This document shows positions 40,300 through 54,800 of a DNA stretch of 64,000 nucleotides, piece by piece. This stretch comes from Paraspadella gotoi (lineage: Eukaryota > Animalia > Chaetognatha): positions 6,589,431-6,653,430 of the forward strand of contig CM119266.1 of the NCBI GenBank assembly GCA_051294375.1. Direction: 5' to 3'. Position numbers and translations under genes: made by a program. Positions within the stretch are counted from its first letter, which is position 1. Each line of letters begins with the position of its first letter. The notes beneath the pieces are model-generated. The model saw only the letters and a list, made by a program, of their open reading frames with translations. It did not search any database and was not told the DNA's origin.

Positions 40300-40682
40300 C
40301 CTCTGATAATCGAGAGAAATGTTACAAACTTTGTTTTCATTCCAAACATATTTTTGCATCGGAACTCATCTTCCAAAATTTTAATCACTCCCTTCTCTTT
40401 TTTTTTTAAACAAAAGGGAAGAGGGGGTACGGAAGAGGGGGCCGAGTCAAGAAAGGGGTACGGAAGGGGCCCTCGAGTGCACCCAATGAAAAAGGGGCGA
40501 CGAGTTCGAAAAGGAAACCCGGGACCAAAGTACAGTTTCTGCTCGACTCGCGAAAGTTTTTTCTCTCTTTACAGATTCGTCCCATTTTTTCCCAATTTGT
40601 TTTTAAAATCGAAACATATATTTTTTTCTCTTTAAAAAAGCTGCTGTGCCGGACCTCTGGTTTTTTCGTCGTTTATAAATGG

Positions 40683-40784
<102 letters not shown>

Positions 40785-41321
40785 GTGAGAGGGAGAGATT
40801 CTTCCATCGATCAATCATTATCGACAAAAGAACAAACAATTTCGTCGTCATCTTCGTCGCAATCGATAATTTAACCGTCGTCATCGTCGTCGTCGTATTC
40901 TTCGTCGTCATCGTTGTCGTGGTAATCGTCCAGTCGGGGTCAATCGTCCGTCAACCAGTGGACATCGTTCCTTCGTCAGAATCGAGTCTTCGTTCCTTCT
41001 GGTTTGACCGGAACCGACGACGATGACGACGACGATGACGACGATGACGACGACGACGACGATTTCAGCTCCTGAGAAGATTTCAAAACAAACGACGTCA
41101 AACGACGTTTCACTGAAGAATCTCGCACACAAACACACGCTCACACACTTTCTCTTTGGATATTTAAAGGGGGGCGAGGGGGTTGTTTGCTGAAGTTTCT
41201 TTCTTCTTGTTTTCTGTTTTTCTATTTTTTTTCTATTTTAAAAGAATTTACGCGTCGCCCTGTTCTAAGGGGCCGCCGCCTTTTTTTGAATGGATGAAAA
41301 ACCCACCTCACTGTTAGCTGC

Positions 41322-41382
<61 letters not shown>

Positions 41383-42170
41383 ACTCTCTCTTAACTCGTC
41401 TCTCACTCTCTCCTCTTCTGTCGCCGGTCTTCTCTCAACTTCCAGTTTTCTTCTTTCGTCGCGTGGAGTCGATGAATTTCCGACCCAAAAAAAATATTTT
41501 GTTTGTTCTTGTTTTCGTTTGTTTTTGTTTTTATTTTTAATGTATTTCTAGACTATTATAATGATTTAATGTTATTTTTATTATATTTGTTTGTTTGGTT
41601 GTTAATTTATTTTTCTGATGTCAAATCTTCTTTTAAGTTATAAAACTCTAAAAGTTAAATTAGAATTACGTCGTCGTCGTCGTCGTCGTCGTCGTTTTCG
41701 TCGTCTACATCGTCGTCGTCGTCATCGTCTTTTACTTCGTCTTCGTCGTAAACGAATTATTTCCTCTCTTAACGTTTCCCTTCCTTTTTTTTTATTCCTT
41801 TTTTTTCACATCCTTAATATTTCCTAATTCTTTTTCCTTTCTTTTTTTTCCTTTCAAATCCTCGACACATTTCCCGCGTTTTAAGCGATAAGGATTTCTC
41901 TCTCTTTCGCCCAGAAACGCGCGACCTTTTTTTGTGGCCCGAAAGGATCGTGACGATCAAAAGCGCCTCCCCTCGTAATTTCGGGGAAATAAAAATAAGA
42001 AAAGAGAAAAAGTGAAGATCTGGGTCGATGGGAGACACACGATCCATGATCGTCGGCATCGGGAATCGAAAGATCCAAATTTCCAATATTCATTCGTTTT
42101 ATTTTTTTTGCGAAGAAAAATTCATTTTTTGTTTTTTGAAAAAGTTTTTGTCAGCGGAAAAAGTTTTGAA

Positions 42171-42205
<35 letters not shown>

Positions 42206-42746
42206 AAAATCCGCCTTTAGTGACTAAAAAACCTAAAATTTCAAAAGACGAAAACCAGTCCTCGGATCATCATCATCATCATCATCATCATCATCGTCGT
42301 CGTCGTCACCGTCTTCATCATCATCGTCGTTTTCTTCTTCAAAACGTTTGATGTATTTGTCACGTGATCAACACTGATAAAATCCTCAACCTGACCTCTG
42401 CCATTTTTAATCTTGCAATTTGAGTTTTTCATCAGAGAAAACAGTTGATCTTCAGTCATTTTTCTTCAAAACAAATTCTAACATTTTCTTCAATTCAATT
42501 CTTCAATGGAGCCTTTGAATCATCGTTGTTGTTGTCATTGAGAGCGTCTTAATCACCCTTCTTATCATCATCATCATCACAATTAACTTTTGCCGTCATT
42601 GTCATCACTCTCATCTTTAAATTCATCGTTGTCAGTCATCTCCTTCTCATTTGTGGTTTTCCCAAATTTCCGGTCCCATATTCGCGCGAGAAAATCCATT
42701 ATCGAAATGCCAGTTGTGGCACAAACTCGGTCCTCGAATCCGATCG

Positions 42747-42814
<68 letters not shown>

Positions 42815-42971
42815 AGAGAGAGAAGAGAGAGATGATATTTGACGGAGGCCCCCTGGCAAAAATAAAGGAAAAAAAATAGGAGGCGACGACAAGAATGAAA
42901 TAAAAAAAAGCCTCATTCTCTCTCTCTCTCTCTTCTTCTCTCGTCATCTCTCTCTCCCTCTCTCCTTCTCT

Positions 42972-43012
<41 letters not shown>

Positions 43013-44164
43013 CCTCTTCTCCTTGCGTCTTTCACGCTCGATCAAAAAATAATAAGGATTAAAAGAAAGAAGAACAAAAATTTAAAAAATCAAAATTAGG
43101 AAGAAAATAAATCAAGATTTAGTAGTTTTTTGTTTGTTTGTTTGTTTGTTTCCTTTTTTCTTTTTAATCTTTTCGTTCAATCGTTACGAATCCAACGTAC
43201 GTCGGTCTACGGTTTTAAGTGCCTCAAACCAAAAATAGGGAAAAAAATAAATTAAAAAGAAATTAAAGGCTCCTATTTTCTCTTCTTTCTTTGGCATTAT
43301 TTTCCGTGGGCGTCCCATATCTGTTCCCAATCCCAATAATTCTATAATTAATATTTTTCAATATTTTTCTAACCATAATCTTTAATTTCTATGCCCTATC
43401 CCTAACCATATCTTTCAACCTTAAACCCTGATCGCTAACCGAAATCCCCAACCAAAACTCGAGTCTAATTCAATTTTTAAACTAAAAAAAAACTTAAATT
43501 CTGAATTTAAGCTGAAATTTGGTGCTTTCGGAAAAGATTCTTTTCCTTTTAGTTTTTTTATGCTTCTTCTTTACTCATCCGTCTTCTTCTTCACCTTTTT
43601 TCACTTTCTTTTTCTCCTTCTTTTTTTTTTCTTCTTCTTCCTGATTTCGAACCAAATTAGGAGCAGAGATTTTTTTTGGCAGAAGAAGAGATTCTTTCTT
43701 CGATAAAATCCAATTAATGACGGAATTTCCCCGACAAATGGCAAAAAAATGGCAAAAGATGGCAAAAATGAAAAAAAAGGGCAAAAAAATGGCGAATTTT
43801 GGGATCGAAGAGAATGAGTCGGACGAGTCGTCTATTCGTTTCGCTTCATTCGTCTTTTTTATCCTTTGCTTCATTTACCGACTTCGCCACTTTTAACTCG
43901 CCGCTCCATTCTAAGCTCTAGACCGCTTCTTTCATCTCGCAATCACCGCTCCGTTCATCGCTTTTCTCATCGCTTCTTTTATCTCTCATCATTGCTTTAT
44001 TTGCTACACCATCTAACGCTTCATTCATTGCTTTACTTACCGCCTTATTCTCTGATCCATTTACCTTTTTTTTCTCATCTGTATCTTATTCGCTCCATTG
44101 ACAGCTTTATTCATTGCTTTATTCCTCACACAATTAACTTTGAACACTACATTCACCACTACAA

Positions 44165-44387
44165 TCACCGCTCCAAAAACAGCTTCGTTCTCCGCTCCAA
44201 TCACTTCTTTTACCGCTTCTTTCATGGTTCCAATCGCTGCTCCAATGACCGCTTCTTTCACCGCTCCAATCACTGTTTTTTTACCGCTTCTTTCACCGCT
44301 CCAAAAATCGCTTCTTTAACCGCTCCAATCATTGCTCCAATCACCGCTTCTTTCACCGTTCCAATCACCGCTTCTCACCACCGCTCT
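44165..44387. repeat. Minisatellite of alternating 12-mers ACCGCTTCTTTC / ACCGCTCCAATC (24-bp higher-order unit)
   Basis: Visible degenerate tandem copies decaying upstream toward ~43900. Confidence 0.85.
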
Positions 44388-44727
44388 ATTCGTCCCTTCA
44401 TTCCCCTTTCTCCGAATCTCACCCGCCGACGTCGTCTGGAAACCACGTTTATCTCTCTAGTCTCTACTGAGTGGGCGAAGAAATAATAAATCTTGTAAAA
44501 TTTACAATTCTCTATTCAAATCTAATTCAGCGTCGATAAATACCGAAATACCGAAAAAAAGTCTCTCGTTGTAAATCTTTTTTTTTGTTTCGCGATGTCG
44601 ACTTCAATTTGAGAAAAGAGACACGAAATTTCCGAGAGGCAGTCAATCTCGACTCAGCTTTCATTTTTCTGTGTCAACTTGCCCTCTTTTCTTTGTTTTC
44701 GTTTTCTTAAAACCAAAACAGATAAAG

Positions 44728-44840
<113 letters not shown>

Positions 44841-45605
44841 TTTCTTTGTCGTCGTTCGTCATCGTCGTCTGTTTGTCCTTCCTCGCGCGAAAACTTCATC
44901 TTCCGATCCAAAGTCCGTCTCCAAATCTGTTGAACGCGAACAGGAGTCGGGTTTGGACGCGGATTTGTTGATCGCGTTCGCGTTCCAATCTCGTCGCTCA
45001 TTTTGATTGATTGATTGATTAATTGATTGATTATAACTTGATTCAACTCAACGTCATTTAATCTGATTTTCGATTGATTTTCTCGATTTCCATTCTCGAC
45101 TATGAAGGAGTCCTGTGAACGAATCCTTCTCACGAAACGACTTTCGCTGTCAACGATAAAGTCGCTGTTTACGTTTGAAGATTAGTCATAAAATTTAAAT
45201 CTATTGTTTATTTTTACAATTCTCAAGCTCGAGAGACGTTCTGAATTTGCCTTTTGAATATTTAATTCAGAAAGTTCGTTTCGTGACTGAAAAAAAAAAA
45301 CCGTGATCTTTCTCAGTCAGAATTAAAAAAAAATTTCGCGCCAAATTTGTTGATTTTCCTAACAACAGACATCGCCTGGTCACTTTTTTAAATCAAAATT
45401 TATACTTAATTTGGTTACTAATTTTTAGTATTTGGTATTTCATCGGATGCCTAAAAATTCGTTAAACATATAGATATTGAAAAGCGTTTAAGTTTAACCT
45501 TCGCGTCCGCCTCTCTACGATGGAGTCTTCAATCTTCGAAGGAACCTTGACTTGACGGCGGAGTCCGCGTCACCTGGATTCGCGTTGACCCCGGAGGAGG
45601 GTCCT

Positions 45606-45665
<60 letters not shown>

Positions 45666-46147
45666 TAACGGCTGCTTTTTTGAAATCCCATTTTTTGTTC
45701 CTTTTTGCATAGAAAGGAAATTTTGGGGAAAATCCAAAAACTAACGCCGACAACAACAACGACAAAAACAACGACAACGCGTCGCTCGAAGAAAAAATTC
45801 CATCCAAACTTTTGATCCGTTGTCTTTCGCCGCGGGGCGAAAGAAAAACTCACCCGAAGAAAAATCGGGTAAGGGGACTTACCCTGGATTTCAATTCGGG
45901 GAACCGGAGGGGATAAGAGGGGAACAAGAGGGGAACAAGAGGGGACTGAAATCCGAATCGTCGATCGAAACTGAAAATTTTTTAAAAAAACGTGGAAAAA
46001 TTCGAATTCGCTTACTACCATCAGAGTCGACTGTATATATAATCTTTTTGACGTTAAATATAAATAAACAAACAAACAAAAAAAGGGAATTTCTCCGTCC
46101 CGCGACATCACCCCCCCCCTTTTCCGCTTCAACTCTCCCGTCGGACG

Positions 46148-46918
46148 ATGATGGCGTCGACGACCTCCATCGCCGCCTCCTCCTCCTCCTCCATCTCCTC
46201 GACGGCGTCGCTTGCGTCGTCGACGGCCACGCCCTCCGTCGGCGGAGGATCGCGTCTCGATCGATCCCTCTCTTTCCTCATGGAGACGCCGGAACCGCGA
46301 ACTCCCACGCCCTCTTACTTCAACAACAACAACAACATCGTCCTTCCAAAGGGCGCCATGCACGCCAAGGGACTCAACGGAAGCGGCGTCATTTCCACGC
46401 CGAGAGAATCTTACATCGGCGCCGACGACGACCTCGTCGTCATCGTCAACGGCGTCGATGATGACGGACTTCGAGAGACGGACTTGATCGATTCGGAGTC
46501 GGAAGATGGCGCCGAAGAAAAAACGGCGCCGCCGTTGGCCAATTCAACGCCGAAAGCGACGGGGTCTTCGTCGGGCAAGCCGTTGCCGGCGCCGCGTCAT
46601 TTCGGAACCGGTGGCGCCGGTGGAGCCGGCGTCGAAATGTTTCAATTTCACCTCCATTCTTCGGCGTTGCGGGCGACGGCGAGAAATAATGAAAGGGGCG
46701 TCGGTAAACCTCCACGGAATTTTGGCGCCGCTTCGGGGGCTGCACCGGCAGCTGCGTCGACTAAATATAAACTAAACGACGACGATAATCGATTAAAACA
46801 AATGCGTTCCCGCGGCGACAGCGGCAGCGGCGGCGGCGGCGGCAGCGGCGGCGGCGTCGGGATGTTCGAGGACGAGTCCTCCGCTTTGGTTTGCGCGCGG
46901 AAGTTCGATGCTCGAGTG
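46148..46918 (+). CDS. Probable alternative first coding exon C of septin-7 (257 codons, Ser/Gly-rich, disordered)
   Basis: GC-rich ORF from ATG 46148 to a phase-0 donor GTG|GTAGGT (46918/46919), in frame with the exon at 48851. Confidence 0.7.
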
Positions 46919-48850
46919 GTAGGTCGCTTAGGTCGACGTCCGCGTCGGCGGCTCTGGGCTCCTGCTGCAGCATCTGCTGCTGCCAGCAGTTCATTTTAAT
47001 TTTAAAGTCTCTCCGCCCACAGGCCGGCCCCTCGTCTTTTAGATTTTTTCTTTTTTTACTTTTTTTAAAATAAAATTAAAAGCAGCTTTTTTTAAAATTA
47101 AAAGATGAGATGCCCGTCAGGAGGTCGGTTAGTAGTGGGAGTGTTAAAATGGGAAAAAAATGTTCTTGTTGTGAAACTGTCGCCATAAATGTGTATCAAT
47201 TATGACTTTTTATAGAGCAAATATATATATTATAAAATATGTATATAAAAAATTGAGATGAAAGTACACGAAAATTTTCAACATTTTCATTTGTTAGTAT
47301 TCTTCTTCGCAACAAAAATATATAACTGTCGGAAAATTCAGCTGTTCACTTATAAACTAAGTTCTCCCCAGTCGAAAATTATTAACTCTTCCAAACCTCA
47401 TTTTAAAATATAAATGAGATATAGTTTTAATAGAGAGTTTATTGATTTAGTTTAAGACGCAGATAAAAAAATTTGTTTCATTTTTTTTTATCGAACATAA
47501 AGCTACGAATGGTAGTCAAAATATAAGTTTTCAGATCGACGCATGCTTTTATTTTATTTTTTGCTCTTCTGCTCTTTTCACATTTTCTCACGCTTCAAAA
47601 AAATTTCCTTTTTTTTGTTTTAAAATTCCGCCTCTGCGCAAAGTTTTGATTTACGGATTAGTTTTTGGCGCACATCATATTGGTTGAATTTTTGTTTTTA
47701 AGGAGATGATGCGTCACCGGATAATCATAATGTTATTTTTACTCTATGTTTGTAAACAAACTGGCTACTTTCTCTTTTTGGATCGTCTTTCTCGTGTCAG
47801 TCAAACCAAACTTTTAAAAATTTATTGTTGAGCTGAAATTAAAAACTTTACGAGCACAAAACCCGGATCTCTCAAATACGATGAATGCCCGATGAATAAG
47901 ATTGGCCAGTCTTATCGTGCGGACACCTCGCTCTTCAATACAAGATTCAGGATAACCTGACTGATTTTTCTTTGAAGGGATTACCTGGCCCTTTTTCGGT
48001 GGGACGGCAAAAGGGGATGGCCTCTAAATATGGCGTCTCTTCACATCTGCATATTGATTATTTTGATTGCTAAGAACCAGCTATCTTCGGATGATTCTGA
48101 AAGAAATCGTTTTGTTAAGGTTACAATGTTAAGCCTAAGGGTCAATGCCCCCTCCCGGGCCACCGGTCATCGTGTTATTCGATCTTTTAGCGGATGAGAC
48201 TAGTGAGTCCAATCTCGAGTCTCTCTTCTTCCTCCTTCTATTCTCACCTTTTATTTTGAGTTTGCTCCTCATGTCCCCCTTCCCGACCCCTCCTCCTCTT
48301 CCTCCTCCTCCTCCTCCTCCTCCTCCTCATTTGTTTACCTCCCGCCTTTACTGTATTTTTACTGGTTTCTCCTCTTCCACGATCTGTTGTCGTTTTTTCG
48401 CTCTTCCTTCTCGTGTTGGATTGACCCTGTTTTCCTCTTCCTCCTAAAGACGATCCTGTCCTGACTCATGGTTAAGTTATCTCCAAAATGAAATGCAAAT
48501 CCAAAGGAAAAGAAAAGAAGAAGGAGGAGAGTCACCAATTTTATGCTTAAAATTCGCTTTTGCATTTTTTTTTTCGTTTAAAAAAAAAGGTTGTTTTTTT
48601 CATAAAAGAAAATAGTGAAAAGAACTCGAAACGGACATCCTGGGTCCATTTTCATCGCTTTTCCGGGTTTACGTGTTTTAGCGGCTTTTTTAACCTTTTA
48701 ACCTTTAGGAAATTACAGGTAAATCGCCGGTATTTTTTATTTTTTATTAGGTCATCGGCCTAATTTAACGATTTTTTTCGCGGGATAGAAATCAACAAAA
48801 TATATATCAAAATACGAATTGAATTAAAAATCCGATTTCGTTCTTTTCAG

Positions 48851-51800
48851 ACGACGTCGAAACGAGATTTTACGTCAAAGAACGGGTCGTCCCCGTCGCC
48901 TGACCCCATCTCCTCCATGAAAACGAAAAACGGTCCCGATCCCTCGGCCGCCACATCCAACGGGTGTGACATCGAATCCAACTCCTTGCCCTCAGCCTAC
49001 ACCTCCAACAGGTATTAGGGTTTCTTGGTGGCAGGGAGAATGTGTAAAACTGGTTGTGCAATGCGAATTGGTTGAAGGACTGAAGGGTAGGGAGGGGCAC
49101 TGGGTAAGCAGGATTAAGTTTGGGTTTGACTCATCATCTCAAACTTAATCTGGAAAAAAACCTGTTAAGGCTTAATTTCGCTATTGAAAATGTAAGCGAG
49201 TTTTTTAAATGAAAATTACCCCTTAAACTGGCTTGGGGTGTGACGTTGGATGACGAAAATAACGGCTTGTTTTTTGTTAAAATATTGCCATATTTAATAT
49301 TTTATTAGTCAGTTGATTTGCAGCAAAATTAAAAATTACATTTTACCAGAGTAATATCTGCGATTTTAGACTTTCAAAATTGTTTTATTTACATATGAAA
49401 TATTTAATTAGTTTACAATATTGTTTCTATAATCAAGACCTTCGGACTAAAAATATTTTCACTTGTTAATAAAATAATAGGAAATTTAACGAAACTACAA
49501 ATGTAAGTGTAAAATTTCTCGTGAGCGGATTTGTACAATAAACACATTCGATAATAAAACGCGTTATTTATGAGTTTAACCATTGATTTTCTTTAAAAAT
49601 AAAATCCTAAACCGGTTTGAATGTTTAAAATCTAAGTCTTACGTTGCGAACCTTTTTTCAATTTTATTCAAATAACCTATTAATCGAATTTTCCGGAAAA
49701 TTGATTTAAAAAGTGAAAGAGGCGTCGTAGTAAGCCTTCTTATTCGACCGTAGCGGCGCCGGCGTAGTCGGGCCCGGTATCGAACTCCTTATAATATCGG
49801 GACAAAGATTGTTCCGTGGGGCGTCGGTGACGTGTCTCCGTTAGGTGCGTCGGGTCCTGACTCTCGGCGGTCGGATTCCCGTCGCGTCGAGTCTAAATCA
49901 AAATTCTTTTCCGACGACGAAAGATTCTTTCCCAAAAAAACATTATAACTAAATTTTTCCAATACTCAACAATTATTTTAAATTTTATGACTTATTGTTG
50001 AGTGTCGTGTACTGTAAGTTTTGTCTGTCAAGTGATTTTAATATATCAATTTTATTAAATTTTAAGTTTAACAATTTTACTCTATTTACTTAAAACTGAT
50101 TTTCAACTTAATAGTTTTTTTCCTGATACAACCGTTTGAAAAATCCAACTCAATTCGACGATTAACAGTCATTTAATCGTCGGCTGAAATTGAGGTCGTA
50201 ATCCTCGGAAAACTACACCCCGATCTACAACTGAACAAAACTGGTTTTCGGTCCACTAACCAATTTGTATCACGAGAACCGAGGAAACTGCTGATTACAG
50301 TACAATCAGTATTTCGCTCGAATTAATCCAATTGTGAAAAAGTTCTGTGTTTTACTCCTTATCGTCGAGTGCAATACATTTATTTTATGACATGGTTACA
50401 ATCCAAAATGACATTGTTTTAACAAAAAATAGTTTTTGCTTGCTCTTTGATAGGGGGGAAGCATAACGTTTTTACGACGAGTACTCCCACTCATTGAATG
50501 ACTGTTCGGATCAAATTAATTCCTTTTTCTGACAAATCGAAAAAGGTGTTCAAAAATGGTTTAAACCTTGGTTAGTATCTAAACGGTTATTATGAAATTG
50601 GTACAACCTATAATCAATATATCAAAAAATATTAAATAAGCTATGTGGATAAGGCGCCAAGTGGGCTGAAGACTACTATCCGTATCTTCTGTGCCCCCTC
50701 GGCAGCAATGGAACCGGTCCTGGGCTTGGAACCAGGCTTGAGGGTTTTCCAGGACCCCAAGGCGGTTTACGACCGTCTTCACGCTTCCCACAGGGGTTCG
50801 ATCCCGATACCTAATTGTCATTAGAGCGTAGTGAAAGTTGCGTACGAAAATTTCTAAAGTCACTTATGAACAAAATACCATCAGTGAACATTAATTTGTA
50901 AAAAAAAATTATTTTGTTTTTTAATTTTCGGAGTAGGCTATATTTATTTATATATATATATATATATTTATATATCCTTATAAAATCGAAAAATTTCAAA
51001 AAACTATATTTAACATATTCAATTTTAATTTTCATCTTAAAATAAAAGTTTTTCTTATGGCAACTAGCGGATGCCTGTGATGCCTCATTGGGATGGGGGC
51101 ATCTCACTGTTGCTTTGGGGGCTTCCCGACCCTCAGTGACGCCTCAGTCACTGGGCGGTTCCCTAGGCAACGGTCTCGCTTTTGCAACGTAGAGGGAATC
51201 GGTAGGACTGTGGATTGAACACTACGCCTGGGATGGTGTGTTCCCCCTCTGAGACCAATTGGATTTGGCTGAAGATGGTGGACGTGAGGCGGTGTGAATA
51301 TACCGCCAAGATCCCCGGCCAACGACATCACTCAGGTCCTAAGCTGAGAGGTGTCTGAAAGACTGTTACCATCAGTGGGGAAGAGAGAGAGAGCGGGAGT
51401 TGATGGGGCATAGGCGTTTGTCGTAGCGCTTACCCCAGGGGCATAGTGCGGATCGTAGCGGTACTCCCGAGAGTCTGGCAGGGCATAGGCGTTTGTCGTA
51501 GCGTACCCTGGAAGTTGGTGTTCGATAGTAGCAAGGCTCACGCACTTATGGGCAACAGCCGGATTGCCTGTGATGCCATTGGATGGGCAAATCTCACTGT
51601 AGTGCTTTGGGGCTTCGACCTCAGTGCGCTCAGTCCTGGCGCGGTTTACCTAGGACGGTCTCCGCTTGGCAACGTAGAGGGAAGTCGTTAGGACTGTGGA
51701 TGGAACAGCTACCCTGGGATGGTGTGTTCGCCCCTCTGAGCCAATGGATTTGGCTGAAGGATGGTGGACGTGGAGGTTCGGTGTGAATATACGCCACATT

Positions 51801-54800
51801 CTGATATTTTACCAATTTGAAATAATTTTTATAAAAGTTTTATTTCTTTATATCAACTTTTGATGAAGAATCCAAATCTGCAAAAAAATCTTACAAAAAA
51901 CTATTGAAATTTAACATTTCTTGCATTATTACTATAAATATGGCCCACTGCGTAAATTGTAAAATTTCTAACAACATTTTTATACATAAATATTCATGAG
52001 TATAATGTTGTTCGTTACTCACTTTTTGAATTCATATGTTCATATGAACATATTGCAATGCGCGACTACAGCCTCTTTACTTTGGACAGGTTAAAATTAT
52101 TTTTAAGCATTCTATATTTATCGTAACATCTCCCGACAATTCTTTGCCCCCCCCCTCCTCGACTCCAGTAAAGCGGAAAAGACTGCGTCCTACCATCACG
52201 TGATGGACAGCAACAAGGCGGCGGAGACGGTGAACGGCGGACGCGAAGAGTCGGCGGGGTCTCGACATCGCGAGGCCGTCAAGCAGCTTGATGGCTACGT
52301 CGGCTTCGCCAATCTCCCCAATCAAGTCTACAGGAAAAGCGTCAAGCGCGGATTCGAATTTACGCTCATGGTCGTTGGTGAGTTATTTTAAAATATTTTT
52401 TCTGTTACTTTTACTTTCGCCGACCGGGGTTAGGGTTATTAGGTAATATTTTTTAAATAGTTCTTCAAAAGAGGCCAAAACCGCGTTCTGCGAAAGTAAA
52501 ATTTAGCCCTTTTTCTCAGTAGATAATAGCTGGTGATAACTGAAAGTTTGTCCTTAATTAATTTCGATAAAAAAGTGTTCAGAAGGGTCCGATTTTGAAG
52601 AAAGGATTACCTCAAAAATTCCCTAATGCAGAAGTCAATTACTCTCGAAATTTCTTAAGAATCCATTCAACGAAACCAAGTGTGACCGAGATCGTGACAA
52701 AAGGTAGCAATTTCTACCCATGTCCGATCTAATGCACGCAATAGTCAATAGAAATTGAAATCAAGACGCTAGATAACTCAACCCTTAAAAACTTCAAATT
52801 AGATTTTCTGTCTTATGGAACATGTTTTATTCGTGTTCCCCGGCCCTCTATAGGCTATAAAAAAGTTCCATACATGACTACCAGCTAAACATGATAATTT
52901 TTGATTGACTTCGTTTCATTCTTTATCAGTGAAATAATTTCGATTAATAATTACTAAAAATCATTTGCATTTCATTTCAAGAAAACACATTTGAGGCTTT
53001 GGTATCACAGTGGCACATACATGTATTAACTTTTGAAATAGCAGATAATTCGGGTGAAGAGATATAAATTTCAAGGTTACATACGAATAGCCAAAATAAT
53101 ATCTACAATTAGCAGAACAAGATGGATTTTCTCAGCTTGTAATCGAATGAGTAGAACTGACGAGATTTTTCAGTTAATCAACATACCTTGAAAAGTTAAC
53201 AATACAAAAGATCTAATAACGGGAAAATAAGTCAGTCGAATCTACATTCGAGATTTAAGGAAAGTAACGTTCAAAGAATACGTATCGGGTATGCTATTTG
53301 ATGTAATTTTGATGCACGTTTAGTATTTTCCTAACAAGCTTAGTTTTTTTAATCTCATCTTTGGTTTCACCCCTTGGCGCACATTCCTTCCCACAACATC
53401 GTGTCTTGGAATTTGATGAAAGATTCTTTTCTCGCTTCTAAAGCAGCCTTTTTTAGACACTGGATGGTTTTTATGTTGACATATACAAAGGATCCTGAAT
53501 GATAAGTCCGATTGTGCTTTTTGCAAAACGCTTCGATCTTCTCTCTCAAGTCGCGAAGTCGATGTCTTGGCACTCGTGGAAAAATGTGGTGGGCTGGAAG
53601 TTGGAAAGGTAAAATAATGTAAAATAATATAATATAAATAATATACACATATTTCGTCAAGATCAAGCTGATTGTTTGATTTTAATTTTATTACCGGTTT
53701 GAAATTGAAGTCCACCATGAAACCAGTCCATCCATTTGGGACAGTTTATGTCGATACACGTTCGCAACTAAAATATATATATATTAAATAGGTTTTGATA
53801 AAATTTCTAATAAAATTTTTCTGTTTTCAAAAAATAGTAAATGTTAACCAACCTGGGTGTCAAAAAACTGTTCACCATCATTTCTGTAAGTTCTCTCGTC
53901 AAAAATCTCCATAGAAAAATGTGACAAACAAATCTGAAAACAAAATAAATTATAATGAAGGAAATTATCTAATTTCAGATTTTAAAATTAAATCTCACCT
54001 GAACATGTAATACTCCTGCCAGACTATGTGACAGTAATAGGCAAGACCACAGTACGCCCCATGAAAGGCACTGTGAATATGTCCAGCTCACCCAGGACCA
54101 ATAAAGAATAATTCCAAAAAGCTATTAGAATGAGTTGAACGAAAAAAATTATTCTTGACTCCCTTTAAGTTTTAAATGTAATACTTACCTCAAGCTTTTT
54201 CCATTCGCAATCTTTACATAGTATTAAAATGTATCCTTGAATATATAAGTTAAACCTGCAAAATAATTTTACAAAGATACGAATCCTAAGATTGTTAATA
54301 ATAATCATTTTTTTACCTAGCCAAAGCCATGACGGGGTAAAAAAGGAAATGCTGGTAGCTGACTAAAAATCGTGAGATCTTGTCGAACTTCATCACTCTT
54401 TTATGATAGGTGCTCCACACCGAGGAAAAATATTTTTTTGTCACTGCAAAAACTGGCAAATGTTGGATGTCCGGGTCAGACTTGTACGCGTTTGGAACGC
54501 TAAAAAAAATCATTATTTAAAAAACGTATTTCAAATGCTAGTGATTAAAAGATTAAGTCGTACCTGTGATGAACGTTGTGAGAATCTTTCCACCAACCCA
54601 TCGAAATGCCGGTCATAATATCTCCAACCATCACTCCGTACATCGAATCCAAGAAACGGTTGTGGAAGATGCAGTTGTGACCCGCATCGTGACCCAGAAA
54701 GGCCGTTTGTTGCCAGAAAAGGCCGAGCATGACGGATCCGAGAATCTTATTTTGGACAAGGAATGATGATTGATAAAACTTTTAATTTAAACATTCAAAA

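Noticed and set aside
40800-41100. GC-richer (TCG/GAC)n patch as a coding exon
   Set aside because: Trinucleotide low-complexity sequence with stops in the plausible frames and no good splice pair.
49790-49900. HDV-like ribozyme
   Set aside because: A P4-like hairpin followed by CTAA exists, but no P1/P2/P3 pseudoknot pairing could be assembled.
50750-50812. tRNA gene around GGTTCGATCCC
   Set aside because: Only a B-box-like motif is present; I could not build a cloverleaf or acceptor stem.
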